Shown piece by piece: positions 44,918 through 54,348 of a stretch of 64,000 bases of DNA (the first letter of the stretch is position 1; the number at the start of each line of letters is the position of its first letter). The DNA comes from Bacillota bacterium. Its GTDB lineage: Bacteria > Bacillota > UBA994 > UBA5500. Under the pieces are notes generated by a model. That model ran no database searches, was not told the origin of the DNA, and saw nothing but the letters and a program-made list of their open reading frames with translations. Made by a program: the position numbers and the translations under genes. The DNA lies in the NCBI GenBank assembly GCA_023622465.1, contig JAMNZE010000011.1, positions 1,588 through 65,587 on the forward strand, written 5' to 3'.

Positions 44918-46074
44918 TGACAGCGCCCCCTTAACAAAAGCTGTAGAAAATTCCTCCATATGCCGGGCAGCAAATACTGCGGCACCGCCTGGTCGGCTAC
45001 CAGAGGTATGTGGGCAAGCGTTGTACCTTGCTGGCTTATCTGCAAATGCCCCAAAATTTCACCCTTTTTCAGAGGAGCTTCAATTGGCCCTGGCAACTGC
45101 ACTAAAAAGCACATTTGTAGTTGTTCTCCTCTACCAACGGGCCAAACAAAAACCTCTGCCGCAATGGCACCAACAGCAGTCGGATGCCCTCCCTCGACAG
45201 GAACGGTGCCTATATATTGGCCGGGATAAATTATTGGGATCGGTTTGAAATTGGCAAAGCCATAGTCGAGTAGGGCGGTTGTTTCTCCCCAATCGTCGGG
45301 GCTATTTAGAACCACCGCTACCAAACGCTGCCCTCCTCGATTGGCCGAAGCTACTAAACAATGGCCGGCAGCCCGGGTCCAACCGGTTTTTACTCCATCA
45401 GCTCCTGGATAAATTTCCAACATGCGGTTTTTGTTATACCAGACACGAGGAGTGTTCGTCTGTCGGTTAAGAATAGAGAAGCGGGTGGTAGAAACAATAG
45501 CGGTAAACTGGCGGTTGCGTAAGGCGTAGGCGCTGAGCTTGGCTAAATCGAGGGCAGTCGTATAATGGTCCGGGTCGGGCAAGCCATGGGGATTCTTAAA
45601 ATTGGTGTTAGCCATACCCAGTTCTTTGGCTTTTTCATTCATCTTTTCGGCAAAGGCACTCACACTACCCGCCAAATGCTCGGCAATGGCACAGGCCGCA
45701 TCATTCCCCGACCGGAGCATTAGTCCATAGACCAGATGTAACAAGGATATTTGCTCTCCCGCTTCCAACCAAATTGAAGATGGCTCCACCTGGACCGCTT
45801 TACTGCTGACGGTTACCAGTTCATCTAATTTCCCCGATTCGATAGCCAAAATAGCAGTCATTATCTTCGTGGTGCTGGCCATCGGCAATCTTTCTTCCTC
45901 ATTTTTACCAAAGAGCAGACGCCCGCTATTCACGTCCATCAAGGCGGCTCCCTTGGCGCCGACGGTAGGAGGTTTGGCGCTAAAGACCGCCGCTGCGTCC
46001 ATTGAGGCTCTGGCTGGAATTGAGCTAGTGACTAATATCAATACCAAAAATAAAACAACAAAAGGTCTGCGCAA
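44914..46074 (-). CDS. dacB: D-alanyl-D-alanine carboxypeptidase
   Basis: STTK, SGN, KTG; dacB-spmA-spmB synteny; TTG start at 46074. Confidence 0.9.
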   Translation of the reverse strand: MRRPFVVLFLVLILVTSSIPARASMDAAAVFSAKPPTVGAKGAALMDVNSGRLLFGKNEEERLPMASTTKIMTAILAIESGKLDELVTVSSKAVQVEPSSIWLEAGEQISLLHLVYGLMLRSGNDAACAIAEHLAGSVSAFAEKMNEKAKELGMANTNFKNPHGLPDPDHYTTALDLAKLSAYALRNRQFTAIVSTTRFSILNRQTNTPRVWYNKNRMLEIYPGADGVKTGWTRAAGHCLVASANRGGQRLVAVVLNSPDDWGETTALLDYGFANFKPIPIIYPGQYIGTVPVEGGHPTAVGAIAAEVFVWPVGRGEQLQMCFLVQLPGPIEAPLKKGEILGHLQISQQGTTLAHIPLVADQAVPQYLLPGIWRNFLQLLLRGRCQ

Positions 46075-46109
46075 CCATCTCCCTCCCTCTCCTGATCCCT
46101 GTCTCTTTA

Positions 46110-46139
46110 ATGTATATGGACTAGCCAATGGGCCTAGAC
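46110..46139 (-). promoter_or_regulatory. SigE-type promoter of dacB-spmAB
   Basis: GTCTA-16-CATATACAT. Confidence 0.55.
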
Positions 46140-46213
46140 CGGCTCCAATGCACACAAAAAGCCCTCTATCGCTGAATGGATAGAGGGCTAATCAAAGTAG
46201 CGGTTGTTTAGTT

Positions 46214-46636
46214 TTACTCCATAAACTGCATTGGCGGTGGTGCGGGCGGCTCTTGTCGTGGGTTGCGACCGGCGAGTAGGCCCTGAACCTGATTAATAAG
46301 CTGGGGCGTTAGATCAACCAGGCGGTCAACCATAGTATTGGTATCTACAGGTAGCATACGAATGTTACCATTACCTACTACTAAGAAGCCCACCGGTTGG
46401 ACAGAAACCCCGGCGCCGGTGCCGCCGCCAAAGGGATGCCCCTTACCTTCACTGGTCTTTTGGGCTACAAACTCGCTTCCACCGGCGGCATAGCCGAAGG
46501 CCACGCGACTAATTGGCATTATCACGCTGCCGTCCGGCGTTTCAACCGGGTCGCCAACGATAGTATTCACATCCACCATTTCTTTCATACTCTCCATGAC
46601 CGTGCGCATCATGCCTTGAATCGGATGGTTGTCCAA
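46214..46636 (-). CDS. ytfJ: GerW/YtfJ sporulation protein
   Basis: HPI...M, VDVNTIVGDPVET, FGGG.GAGVS..PV.FLV. Confidence 0.94.
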   Translation of the reverse strand: MDNHPIQGMMRTVMESMKEMVDVNTIVGDPVETPDGSVIMPISRVAFGYAAGGSEFVAQKTSEGKGHPFGGGTGAGVSVQPVGFLVVGNGNIRMLPVDTNTMVDRLVDLTPQLINQVQGLLAGRNPRQEPPAPPPMQFME

Positions 46637-46642
46637 GGTATT

Positions 46643-47185
46643 TCACCTCTTTCTTTGTCGCAACTTTAACCTAAGCCATCGGAGCTGTGTACTAATAACA
46701 TGCACGATTCGCATGCTAACTATGCAGTGGAAAGAGGTACAAAAATAGGTCTTATCAAAAACTGGAACAAACTCTATAGCCTCCGGCTCGGTCTCCCACC
46801 CTTTATTCTGTAACAAGGCTAGTAGCCAGCCATGGAATACCCATGCTAGTCCGATCACCATGCCGGTTAATGCCGCATCGGGCGTTCCGAACTCGGTTTT
46901 CCACTCTAATTTTTCTAAATGCCCGCGTTCAATTACGCTCCTGAATAGGGGCCGCTGCCATTTAACTAAAGGGGCAAGGCGTTTTAGGGAAGAAAGCTTT
47001 TCTCTAACTGGAGAACCACCGGCTAGAGATTTTTCAGCGCGATATAGGCGCAGACTGAAAGGCCCCAAAAGGGCGACCGTAAGTAAATCTTTTTTCCCTT
47101 CCCGCCAATAGCTGAGTTCAAATTTGATTTTCTGAATTAGAACCAATGGGGCAAAAAAAAGAAGAATAGCAATCCATAGTAGCAC
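46643..47185 (-). CDS. DUF2953 (YtfI-like) protein
   Basis: G..DAALTG...G motif; precedes ytfJ; SigF-like GTATT-14-GGTAATTATA upstream. Confidence 0.8.
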   Translation of the reverse strand: MLLWIAILLFFAPLVLIQKIKFELSYWREGKKDLLTVALLGPFSLRLYRAEKSLAGGSPVREKLSSLKRLAPLVKWQRPLFRSVIERGHLEKLEWKTEFGTPDAALTGMVIGLAWVFHGWLLALLQNKGWETEPEAIEFVPVFDKTYFCTSFHCIVSMRIVHVISTQLRWLRLKLRQRKR

Positions 47186-47242
47186 TATAATAGCTCCTCC
47201 CGGGATTCCTATTCTATAATTACCCTCAATTACAAAAAAATA

Positions 47243-47758
47243 CTAAAGTCGCAGCCGCCCGACGGCAGGTAAATCTTCCAGCGATTTTAGTCCAAAGTAT
47301 TCCAAAAAGGCGTCACTGGTGGCATACAGAATGGGACGCCCGATGGTATCCTTGCGCCCAGCCTCTACTATTAAACCCCGTTCTAGTAGGGTTGCCAGAG
47401 CCTTCTCCGCTTTCACGCCTCGAATTTCTTCGATCTCAGCCCGGGTTATCGGTTGCCGGTAAGCAATAATAGCTAAGGTCTCTAAGGTAGGCTTTGACAA
47501 TTTATAATGTCGCTTAGGAGCCAGATTGGCTATTAAATCTGCCATTTCTGGCTTAGTGACCAGCTGCCAGCCCCCAGCTACAAAACGTAACATGATACCC
47601 CGTTCATTAGTCTGTAAAGCTTGCCTATAGCGTTCCAGTACCTGTTCGCATTCCCACAGGGGCATTCCCAATATTTCCGCTAGTTTTTCCAGACTTACCG
47701 GTTCGGGGGCGGCAAACAAAACTGCTTCCAGCTGCGCTTCCGGTCTAAATTGCCGCAT
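47243..47758 (-). CDS. scpB: SMC-ScpAB subunit ScpB
   Basis: LETLAIIAYRQP.TR.EIE.IRGV, GRP.LY.T..FL..FGL. Confidence 0.96.
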   Translation of the reverse strand: MRQFRPEAQLEAVLFAAPEPVSLEKLAEILGMPLWECEQVLERYRQALQTNERGIMLRFVAGGWQLVTKPEMADLIANLAPKRHYKLSKPTLETLAIIAYRQPITRAEIEEIRGVKAEKALATLLERGLIVEAGRKDTIGRPILYATSDAFLEYFGLKSLEDLPAVGRLRL

Positions 47759-48476
47759 GGACAACCCTCCTAGCAATCAGCACCGGCGAAAGGTGATTCT
47801 CTTGCCAAACGATAATTCGCTGTAAACGTACCAATTCTAAGACGGCCAAAAAGGTGGTCACGATTTCTTCTCTGCTAGCTTGCGACGTCAATAACTCCTC
47901 GAAAGAAAGCACTTCCTGTCTATCGGTCAGCCGGTGTTCAATATAGGCCATTTGTTCCCCCACGGTGTAGCTTTCAGTCTCCACGGTAATTATGTCTGGT
48001 CTATCTATACTTTTGCAAGCCTCTTGCGCCATGACGGCCAAAGTTAGTAAAGAAACTCCTTGCAAGGGGTCGTCCACCGGCCGCGGCCCTAATTCTTCCA
48101 TATACCCCCTAGGATATAGGACCATGCTTGTCTCGGCCATCCGCTCCAACTCCTCTGCCGCCTCCTTAAATCCTTCATAAAGCAGCAGGCGCGTAATCAG
48201 AGCTTCCTCCTCATCGATGGATTCCTCTGCCGGCGGTTCATTTTCCGGCCGGGGCAATAGCAGGCGAGCCTTAATGCGTATAAGGGTGGAAGCCATCACC
48301 ATAAAGTCCCCCGCCTGCTCCACATCAATCTTCTCCAGTTGTCGTGTATACTCTATAAACTGCTCACAAATGCTCTGAATACGTATCTCCCATACGCTGA
48401 TTTGGGATCGGCGAACCAGCTGTAGTAGCAAGTCCAAGGGGCCCTCAAAAGTCTCCAGAGCAACATTTATCGCCAT
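47745..48476 (-). CDS. scpA: SMC kleisin ScpA
   Basis: FEGPLDLLL, F.VMASTL..IKAR.LLP, TFLA.LEL. Confidence 0.96.
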   Translation of the reverse strand: MAINVALETFEGPLDLLLQLVRRSQISVWEIRIQSICEQFIEYTRQLEKIDVEQAGDFMVMASTLIRIKARLLLPRPENEPPAEESIDEEEALITRLLLYEGFKEAAEELERMAETSMVLYPRGYMEELGPRPVDDPLQGVSLLTLAVMAQEACKSIDRPDIITVETESYTVGEQMAYIEHRLTDRQEVLSFEELLTSQASREEIVTTFLAVLELVRLQRIIVWQENHLSPVLIARRVVHAAI

Positions 48477-48489
48477 CTACAATCACTTC

Positions 48490-49125
48490 CTAGTACAATC
48501 CCAACAAAGTGAAAACAACTACTTCGTATATCCCCATAATGCCTCTTGCAATGCGGCCGATGGTCTCTGTAACAAGCCCGCTGGAAATCGCCAGAATTAA
48601 AATCAAGAAACCATACTGGCTGATAGTGTCCAGATATCGGTATACTATACCTCGGGGTAAGAAAAAGAAAAGCAATTTGGAGCCATCCAATGGTGGTATG
48701 GGAATCAAGTTAAAAACAGCGAAATAGACGTTATACAATATCAACCAATTTAGCAGTCTTACAAAAGGCGTGTTCCCGGTGTTGAGGAGCAAAAGAGCAG
48801 AAAGCAAGGTGGCAGCAAGCCCTAGTAAAAGATTCATGGCCGGGCCGGCTAGCGATACCCAAGCCATCCCCTGCTCCCGATTATCAAAATTATAAGGATT
48901 AACCTCCACTGGCTTAGCCCAGCCAAATCTAAATATAAGTAGCATGACAAGTCCGATGGGATCAATGTGGGCGATCGGGTTCAGGGTGAGCCTACCCCGT
49001 ATGCGGGGGGTAGGATCTCCTAAACGATCGGCCACCCAAGCATGGGCATATTCATGGAAGGTTAAAGCTATCAGCAAAGCTGGCAGTTGTAAGAAAATAT
49101 CAGGGGTGAAACTTCTTAACATCAC
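48490..49125 (-). CDS. Site-2 protease (M50 family)
   Basis: HEYAH, GWAKPV, NLIPIPPLDG. Confidence 0.93.
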   Translation of the reverse strand: MMLRSFTPDIFLQLPALLIALTFHEYAHAWVADRLGDPTPRIRGRLTLNPIAHIDPIGLVMLLIFRFGWAKPVEVNPYNFDNREQGMAWVSLAGPAMNLLLGLAATLLSALLLLNTGNTPFVRLLNWLILYNVYFAVFNLIPIPPLDGSKLLFFFLPRGIVYRYLDTISQYGFLILILAISSGLVTETIGRIARGIMGIYEVVVFTLLGLY

Positions 49126-51764
49126 TATCTTCCTTCCTCTGGTGTCAGCAATAGCTGACGTGCTAACTCTAGTTCCTGCTCCTTATTGACTACCTGACCA
49201 TTTAGGCGGGCCATGTGTATTTTTCGCAGAATTTCACCCACCTGCGGACCCGGTTTAAGACCAATGCTCAATAGATCATGGCCATTAACTTCGGGGTGGA
49301 CGTTAACTAAGTGCTTCCAGTACTCTGCCAGCTGTTTTCTGACCGCCCTACCCTGCAACACGGCCATAGCCACCTGACATTCGGCCGGTTGTCCCTCCAG
49401 CAATTGAAACACCTCTTCCCCGCGGCTGGCCTCGGTTAACCCCGTAGCCAAACCGGCCTGCGTAGCAGAGAAGGAAAGTAACATTTCCCGTTCTCTTTTC
49501 GTTAGGGCCAGCCGCTCTGGCCACAAGTGCAATTGCTCTGTGGTAACTCCCGTTGAAAGAAGCAACAAATATACCAACCAACGCTCTAAAGTGGTATCCG
49601 TTTGTAGGTCTTCAAACCACTGGATATGGTCCTGGGCATCACGCAGATGGGCAATCAGTGTATCGGAGAGTTCTAGGCCCGGCAAAAGGGTCGGCCAGAT
49701 CCCCAGTTCATCCATGCGTAATATTATATGAGGGGCCTTATCCTCGCTTAAGGATTGCACCAGCTCGTCCTTGATCCGCTCGCCTGAGACTTCTTTTAAT
49801 AGATTATGCTCTAAGGCGTTTCTTAAGAAACCCATGGTTTCAGGCTCTATCTTAAATCCATAACGTTGTTCGAAGCGAATAGCGCGCAAAATGCGCGTAG
49901 GATCATCTACAAAACTTAAGTTATAGAGAACCCGGACAATTCCTGCTTCCAAATCGGCGCGACCACCGAAAAAGTCATAGAAGCGCCCATAATCGGTTCC
50001 GTGCAGAGCGATGGCCATGGTATTGATAGTAAAATCTCGCCGATAGAGGTCTTGCTTCAGATTTGCCTGCTCCACAGTAGGCATAGCCGCCGGACTGACG
50101 TAAAATTCGGAGCGGGCCGTGACTAAGTCCACAGTGACACCATCGGGGCGCTTAATTGTGGCCGTACCAAACTGGGGGTAGGTCTGAACGGACCCACCAA
50201 AAACTTTGGCCAGCTGTTCAGCAAATTCTATGGCCGACGGCTCCACCACAATATCGATATCATGGTTTGGAACGTTGAGCAATAGATCGCGCACTATACC
50301 TCCTACCAAATAGGCCCGTACCTGGTGGCGCGCCGCTTGCTTCCCGATCAGCAACAGCAGTCCTTGTAGTTTCTTAGGCAAGCGTTCGGTCATCAAATTG
50401 GCCAGCATAGTGCTCCGAGACGGTTCGTCAACGGTGGCACGCCCATTCATTTGATACCAATGGGGATAGCTACGTCCATGCAAAGCCTTCAACACATCGG
50501 TACGAGTCACTATCCCGATGAGCTTCCCCTCCTGATCAACTACCGGTAACCGCCCGATGTCTTTGCCGACTAGCAATCGCTGTATTTCGTCCAACGAAGC
50601 AGTGGGAGAAATGGTTACCACATTGGTAGACATGAAACCTTTCACGGGAGCATGGGTTAAACCATGATGGATAGCCTTATCCACATCACGGCGAGAAATG
50701 ATACCTACCAACTGCCCATCGGCAATGACCGGTAAACCGCCATGACCATAACGCAACATGGCTTGGCCCACTTCTTCCATAGAGGTATCAGGAACGGTGC
50801 TATGAATCGGCTGGGACATGATATCGGCGGCTGTCAGAGGAGGACTCAAGCGGGTTGCTAAATAGCTCACCAGCTGTTGCTTCAGCTCTAGTAATGAGCG
50901 TCCCTTAATAGTAGCAGCAGCAGCTAAAGGGTGGCCACTGCCACCGAAATGGGCAACAATTTCGTTTACCGGCAGGTGATTGAGGCGACTGCGGGCGGTT
51001 AGATGCACGCGCCCGTCCATTTCTACTAGGCAAAACACTAGATCGGCTCCTTCAATGGCTGCCAAACGCTCGCTGAGCAGTCCTAAGCCATCTAGGTAAT
51101 AGTCAATAGAACAGAGGGTGATGAGAATGCTTACTCCATGGTGATAGAATCGCTCCGAATTGGCTAACATCTCTTCTAGCAAAAGGCGATGGTTTTGAGT
51201 CAACGGACTATGTAAATAGCGATGAATTACTTCTAAATCGGCTCCCGCTTCTAACAGGAACCGAATAGCATCCACATCTTGCAAGGTGGTAGTAGGTGCG
51301 GTGAGAGAGGAAGTATCGGCATAGATACCGAGAGCCATAACCGTGGCTTCCAATTGGTTGGGTACCAGGTTCTGGGCCGCCATACGGTTCACCAGAAAAC
51401 TGGTGATAGCCCCCACCTTAGCATGATGCAGTTTAGCCCGGGTAATCGGCTCTCTAGGTGGCGGATGATGATCAAAAATTGTCACCTGTACATCCGGTCG
51501 TTCCAACAAAGCTTTAAAACGACCTAAACGCTTGGCTTGTTGAGTATCAACGATAATTAACTCGCTTACAGTACCAAGATTAAGCATTTCGGGGGCTCTA
51601 ATAGGCAGCGAATCCCTATACAAGGAGTAAAATTCGCGTACGGGGCGGCTCAACTGTCCAGAAAAATAGAGGGCTGCCTTAGGGTAGAGCTGGGCAGCGG
51701 CTAACATGGCTCCTAAACCATCAAAATCCGTGTTTACATGGGTTGTAATTACCTGCACAACCAA
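49125..51764 (-). CDS. DHH/DHHA1-CBS-tRNA nucleotidyltransferase (CCA- or A-adding)
   Basis: H.N.DFD, DHH, GG.GH, CBS pair, VGG.VRD, DIDIV, RRDFTIN, DDPTRILRAIRF; TTG start about 51764. Confidence 0.9.
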   Translation of the reverse strand: MVVQVITTHVNTDFDGLGAMLAAAQLYPKAALYFSGQLSRPVREFYSLYRDSLPIRAPEMLNLGTVSELIIVDTQQAKRLGRFKALLERPDVQVTIFDHHPPPREPITRAKLHHAKVGAITSFLVNRMAAQNLVPNQLEATVMALGIYADTSSLTAPTTTLQDVDAIRFLLEAGADLEVIHRYLHSPLTQNHRLLLEEMLANSERFYHHGVSILITLCSIDYYLDGLGLLSERLAAIEGADLVFCLVEMDGRVHLTARSRLNHLPVNEIVAHFGGSGHPLAAAATIKGRSLLELKQQLVSYLATRLSPPLTAADIMSQPIHSTVPDTSMEEVGQAMLRYGHGGLPVIADGQLVGIISRRDVDKAIHHGLTHAPVKGFMSTNVVTISPTASLDEIQRLLVGKDIGRLPVVDQEGKLIGIVTRTDVLKALHGRSYPHWYQMNGRATVDEPSRSTMLANLMTERLPKKLQGLLLLIGKQAARHQVRAYLVGGIVRDLLLNVPNHDIDIVVEPSAIEFAEQLAKVFGGSVQTYPQFGTATIKRPDGVTVDLVTARSEFYVSPAAMPTVEQANLKQDLYRRDFTINTMAIALHGTDYGRFYDFFGGRADLEAGIVRVLYNLSFVDDPTRILRAIRFEQRYGFKIEPETMGFLRNALEHNLLKEVSGERIKDELVQSLSEDKAPHIILRMDELGIWPTLLPGLELSDTLIAHLRDAQDHIQWFEDLQTDTTLERWLVYLLLLSTGVTTEQLHLWPERLALTKREREMLLSFSATQAGLATGLTEASRGEEVFQLLEGQPAECQVAMAVLQGRAVRKQLAEYWKHLVNVHPEVNGHDLLSIGLKPGPQVGEILRKIHMARLNGQVVNKEQELELARQLLLTPEEGR

Positions 51765-51809
51765 GTACCCCCCTTCACCTACATATAAATTATACATGTA
51801 CTCTCCACC

Positions 51810-51985
51810 TATTGCCAGCAGGCAGTTAGGCAGAGGGGAAATAGGGGTTTGGTGAGAGGAATTTCGTAGAAGCCACGGGATGCTGCTCTAGGCACGGTAG
51901 GGCCTGCCCGTGCTTAAGCACATCCCGCAGCCTAAAGTGTATCCGAAACTACCATTGGCATACCAATAGACTCCTAGGACCTCTT
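51810..51985. ncRNA. Candidate long-hairpin structured RNA (unassigned)
   Basis: Interrupted hairpin 51871-51933, extended by pairing of 51850-51866 with 51944-51954; no ORF. Confidence 0.35.
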
Positions 51986-52014
51986 TTTTCCATAATCCCC
52001 ATACACTAGCTCAC

Positions 52015-52368
52015 CTAACCTTTAGGGTCAAAAAGCAAAGCTACAATAAAACCAAAAATTATAGCCGACGTGATACCCGCACTACTCAGATCAAAAATAC
52101 CGGCCAAAACACCGACTATCCCATGGATTTCCAACTCCCGCAAAGCTCCTTGCACCAATTGATGGCCAAAGGAAGTGATGGGGACCGTGGCCCCTGCCCC
52201 AGCAAACTGCACCAGGGGTTCATACAGCCCTAAGCCTGATAGAATTCCCCCTATTACAACAAAGAGGGTTAACACATGGGCCGGAGTAAGGGAAGTTAAA
52301 TCAAAGAGAAGCTGAGCCAAGGCACAAATTAGTCCGCCGACGAGAAAGGCCGTTAAGTAGCTACCCAT
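52015..52368 (-). CDS. spoVAE: Stage V sporulation protein AE (SpoVAEb type)
   Basis: AF.VGGLIC..AQ, GAGATVPI..FG, F.PKG. Confidence 0.93.
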   Translation of the reverse strand: MGSYLTAFLVGGLICALAQLLFDLTSLTPAHVLTLFVVIGGILSGLGLYEPLVQFAGAGATVPITSFGHQLVQGALRELEIHGIVGVLAGIFDLSSAGITSAIIFGFIVALLFDPKG

Positions 52369-53403
52369 TTATTGCGCCTCCTTTGCTAGCTGTTCTAGCA
52401 CCACCGCATGGGCAATGCAAGGAATCGATTCGCCCTGTTGAAAGGTCAAAGGGCTTAGCAGGGCGCCAGTCGCAATAATCAATACCCGTTGCAACTCGCC
52501 GCTTATCACTTTCGGCAGAACGCTACCCAAGGTAACTACCGCCGAACAGGCGCAACCGCTGCCGCCGGCAAACACCGGCTGTTGCTGCAAATCAAAAACA
52601 CGGCAACCGCAATCATCATACTTGTCCTTTAGATTAATGCCTTCCTGTTTCGCCAGCTCTAGCATAATTTTCTTCCCCACACTAGCTAAATCCCCCGTAA
52701 GGATCAAATCATAATCGGCCACCGATCGTCCCGTGTCTAAAAGGTGGCGTTGCAAGGTATCCATAGCCGCAGGAGCCATGGCCGAGCCCATGTCGAAAGG
52801 GTCCTTTATACCCATGTCCAATACTCGGCCTATTGTAAAATGGGTAATGGCGGGCAGATGGGGATCGTCGGCTTGAGATACCAGGGCGGCGCCGCTACCG
52901 GTCACCGTTGTTTGCGAATAGGGCGGCCGCTGTCCTCCATATTCGGTAGGATAACGATATTGGCGCTCGCTGGTGCCATAATGGCTGGAAACGGCCGCCA
53001 CAGTGTGGCTAGCATAACCGCCATCAACTAGCACCGCTGCTAGCCCCAGAGACTCGGCAAAGCTGGAACAAGCCCCATAAAGACCCAAAAAGGGGATTCC
53101 TAGGTCTCGGGCCGCAAAATTGCAGGTGATAATCTGGTTAAGGAGGTCGCCGGCCAACATGTAGTCAATATCTTGGCTGGTAAGTCCCCCCTTGGTAATG
53201 GCCAAATTAACCGCTTCTTTCATCATAGCCCGCTCGCTAGCCTCCCAGCTTTTATGCCCCAGGGTCTGATCCGGATACACGATATCGTAACAGGAACCGA
53301 GGGGACCTTCTCCTTCCAAGGGACCTACGACGGTGGCAGCTGCTTTGATACGAGGAAAATTGTTAAATACTAGAGTTTGCGCACCCAACTTTCGTTCCAG
53401 CAT
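52369..53403 (-). CDS. spoVAD: Stage V sporulation protein AD
   Basis: GDLLNQ, GACS, ERQYRYPTEYG.Q, MG.AMAPAA, GGSGC.CS. Confidence 0.97.
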   Translation of the reverse strand: MLERKLGAQTLVFNNFPRIKAAATVVGPLEGEGPLGSCYDIVYPDQTLGHKSWEASERAMMKEAVNLAITKGGLTSQDIDYMLAGDLLNQIITCNFAARDLGIPFLGLYGACSSFAESLGLAAVLVDGGYASHTVAAVSSHYGTSERQYRYPTEYGGQRPPYSQTTVTGSGAALVSQADDPHLPAITHFTIGRVLDMGIKDPFDMGSAMAPAAMDTLQRHLLDTGRSVADYDLILTGDLASVGKKIMLELAKQEGINLKDKYDDCGCRVFDLQQQPVFAGGSGCACSAVVTLGSVLPKVISGELQRVLIIATGALLSPLTFQQGESIPCIAHAVVLEQLAKEAQ

Positions 53404-53413
53404 ACCTACCCTC

Positions 53414-53872
53414 CTAACCTAACAACGCCTTGATTATACCCACCACGAAGGCTGTTACTGTGCCATACACGATTACCGGGCCGGCTAAAGAAAACATCTT
53501 TGCGCCTACCCCTAAAACCAAACCTTCCCGTTTAAATTCTAGGGCGGCCGAAACCACCGAGTTGGCAAACCCGGTTACCGGCACTGCCGTTCCCGCACCA
53601 GCGAATTGAGCGATAACATCATAAATCCCTAGCCCGGTGAGCACGGCAGAAATCAATATTAAGGTTGCTACCGTTGGGTTGCCCACATCCTCTACGGAAA
53701 AGCCTAAACGTAAGTACAGCTGGGTGATAGCCTGGCCGAAAACACAGATTAATCCGCCCACCACATAAGCCACGATTACATTACGTAACACCGGCGGTTT
53801 GGGTTTTTGCTTTTGAGCCAGACTTTGGTACGCCTGTTGCTGGGCCTGCTGTTGTTTCTTATCCGCTGACAT
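53414..53872 (-). CDS. spoVAC: Stage V sporulation protein AC
   Basis: GAGTAVPVTGFANS..SAALE.K.EG.VLG. Confidence 0.96.
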   Translation of the reverse strand: MSADKKQQQAQQQAYQSLAQKQKPKPPVLRNVIVAYVVGGLICVFGQAITQLYLRLGFSVEDVGNPTVATLILISAVLTGLGIYDVIAQFAGAGTAVPVTGFANSVVSAALEFKREGLVLGVGAKMFSLAGPVIVYGTVTAFVVGIIKALLG

Positions 53873-53935
53873 TGATATTTTCCTCCTATCTTCCCTAGCA
53901 AAAAATACCCAGGCGACGGCCTGGGCGGGAACCGA

Positions 53936-54145
53936 TTACTCCTGATCGTATACGTAAGCAATTTTTACGTTTGCTTTGAAATCAACGATTTTCCCATCAA
54001 CAACGTCACCGGTAAAGTTGTAGACTTCTACTCCAGTTATGTTAGGATGTTGGCGGGCCGCCTGGGCTACCGCATTTCTTACCGCAGCTTCAAACCCCTG
54101 TTTCGATTCGCCTACCACTTCCACTACCTTAACCAGTGTGCTCAC
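53936..54145 (-). CDS. Dodecin family (flavin-binding) protein
   Basis: KVVEVVGES..G.E.AV.NAV, V.DGKI..FKANVKIA; GTG start at 54145 after AAGGAGG. Confidence 0.88.
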   Translation of the reverse strand: MSTLVKVVEVVGESKQGFEAAVRNAVAQAARQHPNITGVEVYNFTGDVVDGKIVDFKANVKIAYVYDQE

Positions 54146-54348
54146 ACCATTACCCTCCTTGTTGCAATGGAATAATAGGGATGAACCAACCGCCCGTCGA
54201 TGGAATCGCCGTCCGTTTGCATAACGAGAATACCGCCCTGGGGAATTCGGTCTACCGAGTTGGACCAAATGAACCACATGGCTAAGGCTATCAATAGGAG
54301 CAGCAATGATAAAACAACTACTTTATAGCGAGTATCAGAAAACAACAC
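54142..54348 (-). CDS. Small single-TM hypothetical protein
   Basis: GAGGTG RBS before GTG 54348; one TM helix; GTGA overlap with dodecin. Confidence 0.55.
   Translation of the reverse strand: MLFSDTRYKVVVLSLLLLLIALAMWFIWSNSVDRIPQGGILVMQTDGDSIDGRLVHPYYSIATRRVMV

Noticed and set aside
44466..45248. Long plus-strand ORFs antisense to conserved genes (also 26382-27044, 37434-38030, 43903-44469)
   Set aside because: Shadow frames with no recognisable motifs, fully overlapping well-supported genes.
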